DNA from: Bacteroidales bacterium
GTDB taxonomy: Bacteria; Bacteroidota; Bacteroidia; Bacteroidales; GCA-2748055
Assembly: GCA_016936975.1 (NCBI GenBank)
Contig: JAFGWU010000005.1
Coordinates: forward strand, 18,327-82,326
Direction: 5' to 3'
DNA: 64,000 nucleotides
Part shown: positions 43,892 to 51,718 of the stretch, in pieces
Position numbering within the stretch: position 1 is the stretch's first letter
Layout of the letters: each line of letters opens with the position of its first letter
Program-made: the position numbers and the translations under genes
The notes under the pieces: model-generated
The model's database searches: none
Told to the model about the DNA's origin: nothing
The model's input: the letters and a program-made list of their open reading frames with translations, nothing else

Positions 43892-46006
43892 TCAGTTGGC
43901 AGCTTTTTTCTTTCTTTTGCGCCACAGGAACAGAACCAGGAAAACAATCAATAATACCGATATTCCGGAGATTAACAGTGCTGGGGTGTGCTTTTTCTGA
44001 ACTGTTTGAGGGATTTCTTCCCCGCTTCCAGGCTTCCCGGTTTCTTCTGTAAACCGTGGTGTGATTTCCCCTGTTTCTGCAAGGGTATCGTGCCTGGCAG
44101 GTTTTAACTGTTCCGGAGTCTCTTCAGCTTTTTCTGGAACCGGGGGTACTGTTCCCTCAACGACAAACGTTGCCAGATGAATATCTCCGTTTTCCTCGAC
44201 CATCCTCAGTCTGATAAGGTTGGTTCCGGTCCGGGGCAACACCTCCAGGTTCATTCTTTTTTTGTCAACAGAGAAAGTATCGATCTGAACAATAACAGAG
44301 TCCACGATCTGTTCGACGAGCAGGGTGGTCCCTTTTTTGAGCTTCAGCGGAACATGAACGGATTTTCCCGCCTCGCCGCTGTATAAGGAATCTTTGAGCC
44401 CGATTTTACTCTCTTTACCAGAAAAGATCAGGGGCACATAAGGGATGGACTCAAGGTTGATTCCGGTTAAAACGATTCCTTCCTTATCCGTCCGGGGGGT
44501 TATGTGAAGGGGCCTGATAAGATCATGATAATTGTCGCCTGAAATAGCAAGGTAATACTGACCCTGCGGGAGGCTGAATTGAAAAGTCCCGTGTGCCTTG
44601 TCCGGCTGTGTGGAGTAAAGTGTATCTCCCGTTACCTGGTCGATCAGGAAAATAAACACCCCGGCACTGTCGCTCAGTTCCCCCTCCGTATTGACCCTGC
44701 CCGACACCATATACATTCTCAGATTTGCATCGGAATAGACCGTCATGTGATAAATATCATGGCGGCCCAGTCCCTCAGGCCTGTACATGGAGTAATAGGC
44801 TCCGAATCCGTTGTCAACCGGGTAGAAGAACAGATCATCGGAGGTGGTGTTAATCGGGTATCCGAGATTGATCGGGTGTGCCCACAGGGAGTCATTCACC
44901 TTTTGTGCATAGAAAATATCATATCCCCCCATATTGTAATGTCCGTAGGAGCTGAAGTACAGCAGACGGTCATTCCCGGTGATGAAAGGAGTCTCTTCGT
45001 TATACCTGGTGTTTATGGTTTTGCCAAGGTTTTCGGGAGGACCCCATTCCCCTTTATCACGGCGATGGGATCTGTAAATATCCAATCCTCCGTAACCTCC
45101 CTTACGGTTGCTGGTAAAGTAAAGTGTTTGTCCGTCGCGGCTCAGGCAGGCATGGGATTCCCAGTATTTGGTATTGATGTGTTCATTCAGTTTTTTTATC
45201 GGGGTCCATATGCCGTCCACCAGGGTACTGGAATAAAGATTGCCGATATAGTCGTCGTTCCTGTATACAAACATTTCTGTCCCGTCGTAGGAAAGCGCAG
45301 TCGGGTAAACATCTCCGTCAACGCCCAGTTCAAGGCTTAGATTTCTGGGATAGAGCCATTCTCCATCTTTCCTTGTGGTATAATAGGGCGCATCCTGAAA
45401 GGGCCCTTTATACACGAAGACCATGGACCGGCCATCTCCGGATACCACCGGATTGATTTCTGCGTACCGTGTATTGATCAGGGAATCAAGATTGATTACG
45501 TCAAAATCAACAGGTTTCTTCATTAATTCCCTGGCGGTTTCACAGCATTTTATCTGGGTCCGGACCAGTTCCTTATCATATATCTCCTCGTCGAGGATCT
45601 CCATGAATTGTCGGTAATAATAAATGGCAGAATCGATCAGGTTGTTGACCAGGTAGGCATTTGCCAGGTAATATATGGCCTCCGGCGGGGCGGTCCGCTC
45701 TTTATAGCTGTTTTCCTTGTAAAACGGATTGATATTCCTGGAGGCCCTGGAGAGATAATCCACGGACTTTTCCTTCTGATAGGGATCATTCAGGTAGCAA
45801 ATTCCGATCTTGTAGTTGATATTGTCATTTTCAGGATCTTCTTCATGCAGTTGCAGATAAAGGTCCAGTGCTTCCGCAAATTCTTCAAAAAGAAACCACG
45901 ATTCTGCCTCGAGAAAAAGGGTCCGGGATTCGTCCCTCTGTGCGGGCAGATTAAAGGATACAGCAAGAAAAAATACAAAGATAAACTTAAAACTGTTTCT
46001 TATCAT
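43892..46006 (-). CDS. TPR + PD40 beta-propeller + carboxypeptidase-regulatory-like domain protein with a C-terminal TM anchor
   Basis: Start moved to ATG 46006 (MIRNSFKFIFVFFLAVSF). PD40 repeats (CLSRDGQTLYFTSNRKGGYGGLDIY; TPFITGNDRLLYFSSYGHYNMGGYDIF). CRD-like MVSGRVNTEG...GQYYLAISGDNY. C-terminal ALLISGISVLLIVFLVLFLWRKRKKK. Confidence 0.65.
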   Translation of the reverse strand: MIRNSFKFIFVFFLAVSFNLPAQRDESRTLFLEAESWFLFEEFAEALDLYLQLHEEDPENDNINYKIGICYLNDPYQKEKSVDYLSRASRNINPFYKENSYKERTAPPEAIYYLANAYLVNNLIDSAIYYYRQFMEILDEEIYDKELVRTQIKCCETARELMKKPVDFDVINLDSLINTRYAEINPVVSGDGRSMVFVYKGPFQDAPYYTTRKDGEWLYPRNLSLELGVDGDVYPTALSYDGTEMFVYRNDDYIGNLYSSTLVDGIWTPIKKLNEHINTKYWESHACLSRDGQTLYFTSNRKGGYGGLDIYRSHRRDKGEWGPPENLGKTINTRYNEETPFITGNDRLLYFSSYGHYNMGGYDIFYAQKVNDSLWAHPINLGYPINTTSDDLFFYPVDNGFGAYYSMYRPEGLGRHDIYHMTVYSDANLRMYMVSGRVNTEGELSDSAGVFIFLIDQVTGDTLYSTQPDKAHGTFQFSLPQGQYYLAISGDNYHDLIRPLHITPRTDKEGIVLTGINLESIPYVPLIFSGKESKIGLKDSLYSGEAGKSVHVPLKLKKGTTLLVEQIVDSVIVQIDTFSVDKKRMNLEVLPRTGTNLIRLRMVEENGDIHLATFVVEGTVPPVPEKAEETPEQLKPARHDTLAETGEITPRFTEETGKPGSGEEIPQTVQKKHTPALLISGISVLLIVFLVLFLWRKRKKKAAN

Positions 46007-46060
46007 CAATCCATTATATGACCGGATGCCTGATGCCGGTTCTACCGGGCATGCTTTCAA

Positions 46061-46068
46061 CAAATTTA
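46061..46068 (-). promoter_or_regulatory. Candidate -7 box TAAATTTG (minus strand) upstream of the 43892..46006 gene
   Basis: The reverse complement of caaattta is TAAATTTG, 55 nt upstream of ATG 46006. The octamer is identical to the one at 43824-43831. Confidence 0.3.
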
Positions 46069-46180
46069 CTAAATCTGCAGGATATTGCTTTCCGGCAAAT
46101 GTTTATTGTGAACAGTCTCCCAATTTTTGATATACTCCGCGGAGGATGTTACCAAAAGTAGATTTTTCGTGGTAAAGGGA

Positions 46181-48139
46181 TTAAACATTACCAAGATTGC
46201 GGATGTTCCTGAAGAATATTAACAGGTCATTGGTCAGTTTGTAATCCTTTGCATAAAGAATATTGATCCTGGCTGTCAGCTCCCGGTTTGTCAATTTTTG
46301 AACCTGAATATCGGACGGGAAAAGTATTCCCGGTCTGAGACGTGGTAGTGATGTGGAATCTGATTGATCAGGGAGGCAGTAACCCACCCAGGTCCTTTTT
46401 CCGAATATCACAAGCAGGGCATTCTTAATTCCTCTGGCTGGTTTCCTAAAAACCAGAAACCATATGGGGAAGGTTAAAAGGATGGCAGATGCCGAAAGAA
46501 AATCAAATAAACGTTTGTTACGGCGATTGGATTCTTTTCCAATGGAGTTGAAATGGATGGTATAGAGGTCCCCTGCCGTATTGATGGAATTACTTCCGAT
46601 GACCGACAGGCTTTCGGGTGGTGCAATTTTATAGTCCACGGAAAGGCCTATCAGCCGGGTCATTATCCCGATGATATTCTGGGAGGGGATGTCCCTGGAG
46701 CAAAAAACAATTTCATCCACCCTGTTGATATGGACGATATCTTCTATCTGATCAATGCTGCCAATAAAAGGTTCGTGCGATTTACTGGCAGGACTGACAA
46801 ATCCGATGATATCGGGTTTGATGTCCGTTTTCTGAAGGACTTCACTGACCCGTCTGGCCTCTGCCTCCTTTCCGACAATAACCAATCTTTTCTTTTTATT
46901 GACCGCAATTTCATAATCCCGCCAGCCCAGGTAGTGGTTAATGATCCTGAGCCCGGTGGTGATCAGAATGGCCCAGAGGGACCCGAGTAAAATCAGGGCC
47001 CTGGAAAACCTCCAGCTTTCAGGCAGGAGGGCATAGCCGATCAGGATTAAAAGCGTTCCTATGATGTGCCCCTTCAGAAAGTTCAGGATGTTCAGCGGTT
47101 TGTCATAGCCTCCCGAATAGTAGAGGCTCAGGAGCCAGATAAGAATATAACAGGGAACCACAACGGTCAGGAATTCAGAAGGGTAATAGTTTGCATTTCC
47201 GAATTTCACCTGCTCCCAGAGGGGCAGGAGGAGAAAATAACCGAGGAAAATCAGAATGGCATCCAGAAAGGGACGGTATATTTTTTTCAGGAATCTTCTG
47301 AAGATGGCAAGGAATGCCCTGATGTAGATGGCCAGGTTTATGAGCAGGGAGAATATTTTTGCCTTCCGCTGGCTGAAATGCTTCCGTGCAAAAATAATCA
47401 TGGCCCTGTAAAAGATGATGACATAATTGACACTGCTCTTTTTGGTGCTTTCCCCCTTATAGTGGATGATAGTCGTCTCCGGGAAATAGTAATTCTGATA
47501 TCCGGCCTTCGTGAACCGGTAGGAGAGGTCGATATCTTCACCATACATAAAATAATCCTCGTCGAGCAGGCCGACCTTTGAAATGGTTTCTTTCCGGAGA
47601 AACATGAATGCGCCTGCAAGCACATCCACGGCATGGACCTGGTTTTTATCAAGGTATCCCAGATGGTATTTGCCAAAACGCTTCGATTTCGGAAACAGTG
47701 CCGACAGCCCGAATACTTTGCAGAATGCCACCGCTGGTGTTGGAAGGGAGCGTTTTGATTCCGGGAGAAAGTGTCCTTTCCCGTCGATCATTTTAACACC
47801 CAGTGCCCCTGCTTCAGGGTGGGCATCCATGAATGCAATACATTTCCGGAAGGTCTGTTCCTCAACCACCGTGTCGGGATTCAGCAGCAGAACGTAACGT
47901 CCGGAGGACTCCTTGATAGCCTGGTTGTTGGCTTTACTGAATCCCAGATTCTTTTTGTTTTCAATGATCCTGACCCACGGAAATTTCGGCCGGATATGAT
48001 TTACGGAACCGTCAACAGAATTGTTGTCCACCACAAACACTTCCACGCTCAGCCCCTCCATCGCCTTTTCCACAGAATGGAGGCACTGTTCGAGGAAGTA
48101 CTTAACATTGTAGTTGACTATAATGACCGATAGATCCAT
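46181..48139 (-). CDS. Family-2 glycosyltransferase fused to a polytopic membrane region and a degenerate Bac_transf-like C-terminus
   Basis: Start at ATG 48139. GT2 motifs LSVIIVNYN...VVDNNSVDGS...LLNPDT. About 5 TM segments. Rossmann-like KKRLVIVGKEAEARRV. C-terminal NKRLFDFLSASAILLTFPIW...FGKRTWVGY...ILYAKDYKLTNDLLIF. Confidence 0.65.
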   Translation of the reverse strand: MDLSVIIVNYNVKYFLEQCLHSVEKAMEGLSVEVFVVDNNSVDGSVNHIRPKFPWVRIIENKKNLGFSKANNQAIKESSGRYVLLLNPDTVVEEQTFRKCIAFMDAHPEAGALGVKMIDGKGHFLPESKRSLPTPAVAFCKVFGLSALFPKSKRFGKYHLGYLDKNQVHAVDVLAGAFMFLRKETISKVGLLDEDYFMYGEDIDLSYRFTKAGYQNYYFPETTIIHYKGESTKKSSVNYVIIFYRAMIIFARKHFSQRKAKIFSLLINLAIYIRAFLAIFRRFLKKIYRPFLDAILIFLGYFLLLPLWEQVKFGNANYYPSEFLTVVVPCYILIWLLSLYYSGGYDKPLNILNFLKGHIIGTLLILIGYALLPESWRFSRALILLGSLWAILITTGLRIINHYLGWRDYEIAVNKKKRLVIVGKEAEARRVSEVLQKTDIKPDIIGFVSPASKSHEPFIGSIDQIEDIVHINRVDEIVFCSRDIPSQNIIGIMTRLIGLSVDYKIAPPESLSVIGSNSINTAGDLYTIHFNSIGKESNRRNKRLFDFLSASAILLTFPIWFLVFRKPARGIKNALLVIFGKRTWVGYCLPDQSDSTSLPRLRPGILFPSDIQVQKLTNRELTARINILYAKDYKLTNDLLIFFRNIRNLGNV

Positions 48140-48202
48140 CTGACAGCGAAAAACAGAGATAAATGTAATCAAAAGGAAGCATCATATCAAAAACCGGGGA
48201 GA

Positions 48203-49441
48203 CTAAAGCCCGAACTCGACTTCAACCTGGTTCCGCATAAGATCCTCCATCTTCTCACGCTTTCTTATCAAAAAATCCCTGCCTTTATGGACCATGACTT
48301 CTGCCGGCCTGAACCGGGAGTTGTAGTTTGAGGACATGGCGTAACAGTAGGCTCCGGCGTTCCTGAACAGAAAGTAATCCCCTTCCGAGGCCTCTGTTAT
48401 TTTTCTGTTCCAGCCAAACGTGTCAGTTTCGCAAATGTACCCCACGACGGTATAAATCCTGGTTTTACCTTCCGGTTTGCTGACATTGACAATGTCATGA
48501 TAGGCATCATAGAACATGGGCCTTATGAGATGGTTCATCCCTGTATCCAGACCTGCAAAGACGGTAGAGGTAGTTTGCTTAATCACATTTACCCTGGCGA
48601 TGAAGTAACCGGCTTCGCTGACCAGGAATTTACCGGGTTCGAAAATGAGAGTCAGTTTTTTCCCGTACTCATCGCAGAACCGGTTGAATCGATCGGACAG
48701 ACATGCACCGAGGGCATCAATATCTGTTGCCACATCGTCGGTGCGATAGGGAACCTTAAATCCGCTGCCGAAGTCGATGTAATCCAGGTCAGGGAATTTT
48801 TTCGCGGTATCAAACATGATTTCTGCCCCCCTGAGAAAAACCTCTACATCCAGGATATCCGAACCCGAGTGCATGTGCAAACCCTCCACCCTCATTCTGT
48901 TCGTTTCGATGACCCTTTGAACGTGGGTCATCTGGTAGATGGAGATCCCGAACTTGGAATCGATATGCCCCGTGGAGATTTTATGGTTGGCACCGGCAAC
49001 GATGTGCGGATTAATTCTGACGCACACCGGCACCGAATCGGCATATTTGTGTCCGAACTCTTCAAGAATGGCAATATTATCGATATTGATCCGGACGCCA
49101 AGTTCAACGGCTTGGTCGATCTCCTTCATGGAAACACAATTCGGTGTGTAAAGTATCCTGTCCTTTTCAAAACCGGCTTTCAGGCCCATCTGAACCTCCT
49201 GGATGGAGACTGCATCCAATCCTGTTCCCAGCTTTCTGAACAGTTTCAATATATTAATGTTTGTGAGTGCTTTGCAGGCATAATTGATCTGTACCCTGGA
49301 ATCCTTGAAGGCATCCGTGATCCGGTTAAACTGTCCGGCCATTTTTGCAGACTCGTAGACATAGAGCGGGGAATCGTATTTTTCAACCAGGTTCAACACC
49401 GGAATCCCGTCAATAAGGTATTGATTCTTCTTCAGTTCCAT
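48203..49441 (-). CDS. lysA: Diaminopimelate decarboxylase
   Basis: 412 aa. PLP Lys motif INYACKALTN, then HMHSGS and FRNAGAYCYAMSSNYNSR. Confidence 0.85.
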   Translation of the reverse strand: MELKKNQYLIDGIPVLNLVEKYDSPLYVYESAKMAGQFNRITDAFKDSRVQINYACKALTNINILKLFRKLGTGLDAVSIQEVQMGLKAGFEKDRILYTPNCVSMKEIDQAVELGVRINIDNIAILEEFGHKYADSVPVCVRINPHIVAGANHKISTGHIDSKFGISIYQMTHVQRVIETNRMRVEGLHMHSGSDILDVEVFLRGAEIMFDTAKKFPDLDYIDFGSGFKVPYRTDDVATDIDALGACLSDRFNRFCDEYGKKLTLIFEPGKFLVSEAGYFIARVNVIKQTTSTVFAGLDTGMNHLIRPMFYDAYHDIVNVSKPEGKTRIYTVVGYICETDTFGWNRKITEASEGDYFLFRNAGAYCYAMSSNYNSRFRPAEVMVHKGRDFLIRKREKMEDLMRNQVEVEFGL

Positions 49442-49489
49442 AAATCGTGTTTTAGATTGTCAAAATTAGCAAATAATGCCCGAGATGTC

Positions 49490-50119
49490 TCACTGGTTGG
49501 TATGAAACGTGTCTTCGAAGCGGGTCCTGTTCAGAATTGAGCGGCCAAGGGTCACTTCATCCGCATACTCGAGGTCGTCGCCAATAGCCACACCACGGGC
49601 GAGGGTAGTAATCTTAACCGGGTATTGATGAAGTTTTTTGTAAATATAAAAATTGGTGGTATCCCCCTCCATGGTGGTGCTGAGGGCAAGGATGATCTCC
49701 TTAATATCTTCCTGTCTGACCCGCTCTTCCAGCGAATGAATGGTCAGATCCGACGGACCGATGCCATCCATCGGCGAGATGATCCCGCCAAGAACATGGT
49801 ATAGACCATGATACTGCTGGGTATTCTCGATGGAGATAACATCCCTGATAGATTCCACAACGCATACCAGTTGCTGGTCGCGGTATGGATCGGAACATAT
49901 CGGGCATAACCTGGTGTCGGAGATGTTATGGCATTTTTCACACTGAATGATCTCCTTCTTGATCCTCAGGATGGTATTCCCAAATTGTTCGACCTCTTTC
50001 CGGTCCTGCTTCAGAAGGTACAGAACGAGCCTGAGGGCACTTTTCTTGCCGATGCCCGGCAGTTTAGAAAATTCGTCGATCGCCTCTTCAAGAAGCCGGG
50101 ATGAATAATTGTTCTTCAT
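49490..50119 (-). CDS. recR: Recombination protein RecR
   Basis: HhH N-terminus ([13 protein letters not shown]), C4 zinc finger [16 protein letters not shown] and Toprim region [10 protein letters not shown]. Confidence 0.9.
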   Translation of the reverse strand: MKNNYSSRLLEEAIDEFSKLPGIGKKSALRLVLYLLKQDRKEVEQFGNTILRIKKEIIQCEKCHNISDTRLCPICSDPYRDQQLVCVVESIRDVISIENTQQYHGLYHVLGGIISPMDGIGPSDLTIHSLEERVRQEDIKEIILALSTTMEGDTTNFYIYKKLHQYPVKITTLARGVAIGDDLEYADEVTLGRSILNRTRFEDTFHTNQ

Positions 50120-50224
50120 GGTACGAAAATCTGCGTTAAAATTAATACGGAAGTAATACCCTTACAATTTTTTTGTGATTTAATTGTTTTTATCCAATTT
50201 TAGGCCTGCCAAAAAAAACAGGAA

Positions 50225-51718
50225 TTGTCCAGTACGCTTATTGTAATCATTATTGCATCCTATTTTGTACTCCTGCTGATCATCTCATTGATTTCAGGCA
50301 GGAATGCCGATAATGAAGCGTTCTTCCTCGGGAACAGGAGATCCCCATGGTACATTGTTGCCTTTGGAATGATTGGTGCCACGATATCGGGGGTCACCTT
50401 CATTTCGGTTCCAGGATGGGTGGTTGACAGTCAGTTCACCTATATGCAGATGGTGCTGGGATACCTTGCGGGATATGCTGTTATTGCCCAGATCCTGATG
50501 CCTCTTTATTACAGGTTGAAACTCACCAGCATCTACAGTTACCTTGAACAGCGCTTTGGATTCTATTCTTACAAGACCGGGGCCTCCCTGTTCCTGATTT
50601 CAAGAATTATCGGAGCCTCCTTTCGTCTTTACCTTGTCGCAATGGTGTTGCAAATGACCCTTTTTGATACCTGGAGGGTACCTTTTTTCATTACGGTTGT
50701 GGTAACCATTGTCCTGATATGGCTCTATACAAACAGGGGCGGGATCAAAACCATCATCTGGACGGATACCCTGCAGACCTTTTTTATGCTGGCTGCGGTC
50801 ATCACGACCATTGTCATCATCACGAGGTCGTTTGATGCGGGAATTCCGGAAATGATTGCAAAAGTGAGCCGGGATGAGCACTCCCGGATCTGGGTTTTCG
50901 GGGATTGGCGGGCCGGGAACCATTTCATCAAGCATTTCCTGAGCGGGGCGTTCATTACCATCGTAATGACCGGGCTCGATCAGGATATGATGCAGAAGAA
51001 CCTGAGCTGCAGGAATATTCGCGATGCGAAAAAAAATATGTACCTGATGAGCCTTTCCCTGGTTCCTGTCAACCTGATATTCCTTTTTCTCGGAGCCCTC
51101 CTCGTCCTGTTTGCAAATCAGAACCAGATCCCGATCCCGGCGGATACGGACGATCTGTTTCCGCTGATTGTAACGGGAGGCCACTTACCTCAGGTCATCG
51201 GCGTATTTTTCCTGCTGGGTTTGATTGCGGCTGCTTATTCCAGTGCAGACAGTGCACTCACAGCCCTGACCACCTCCTTTACAGTGGATATATTGAACAG
51301 CAGGAAGTGGAGTGAGAAAAAGCTGATGCGGAACAGAAAGATCGTTCATGTCGGCATCTCTTTTCTGCTCGGCACGGTAATCATGATCTTTCAGGCCATT
51401 CATAATGAGAATGTGATAACTGCCGTTTTCACCATGGCCGGCTATACGTACGGTCCCCTGCTGGGATTGTATGCGTTCGGGCTTTTTACCGGGCGGGGGG
51501 TGAAGGATCGGTGGGTCCCCCTGATCGCCATACTGGCACCGCTCCTCTCTTACCTGGTGAGTTATTTTTCGGAAGAGATACTGGACGGGTATCGGTTCGG
51601 ATTTGAGCTCCTGATTGTAAACGGACTCATCACCTTTGCAGGACTGATGCTCATATCTGTCCGCAGGAACGCTCCTGTCAGGAAAGCCGCTCCTCCAGGA
51701 TCCGGATACCCAGGTTAA
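50225..51718 (+). CDS. Sodium:solute symporter family transporter
   Basis: 497 aa, about 13 TM segments. SSF-like GNRRSPWYIVAFGMIGATISGVTFISVPG. TTG start per the ORF track. Confidence 0.75.
   Translation: MSSTLIVIIIASYFVLLLIISLISGRNADNEAFFLGNRRSPWYIVAFGMIGATISGVTFISVPGWVVDSQFTYMQMVLGYLAGYAVIAQILMPLYYRLKLTSIYSYLEQRFGFYSYKTGASLFLISRIIGASFRLYLVAMVLQMTLFDTWRVPFFITVVVTIVLIWLYTNRGGIKTIIWTDTLQTFFMLAAVITTIVIITRSFDAGIPEMIAKVSRDEHSRIWVFGDWRAGNHFIKHFLSGAFITIVMTGLDQDMMQKNLSCRNIRDAKKNMYLMSLSLVPVNLIFLFLGALLVLFANQNQIPIPADTDDLFPLIVTGGHLPQVIGVFFLLGLIAAAYSSADSALTALTTSFTVDILNSRKWSEKKLMRNRKIVHVGISFLLGTVIMIFQAIHNENVITAVFTMAGYTYGPLLGLYAFGLFTGRGVKDRWVPLIAILAPLLSYLVSYFSEEILDGYRFGFELLIVNGLITFAGLMLISVRRNAPVRKAAPPGSGYPG

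Noticed and set aside
48497-49540. A 347-aa plus-strand ORF covering lysA and the lysA/recR junction.
   Set aside because: It is antisense to a well-supported lysA (PLP Lys motif, correct length). It shows no recognisable domain and crosses an intergenic region, which is implausible for a real gene.
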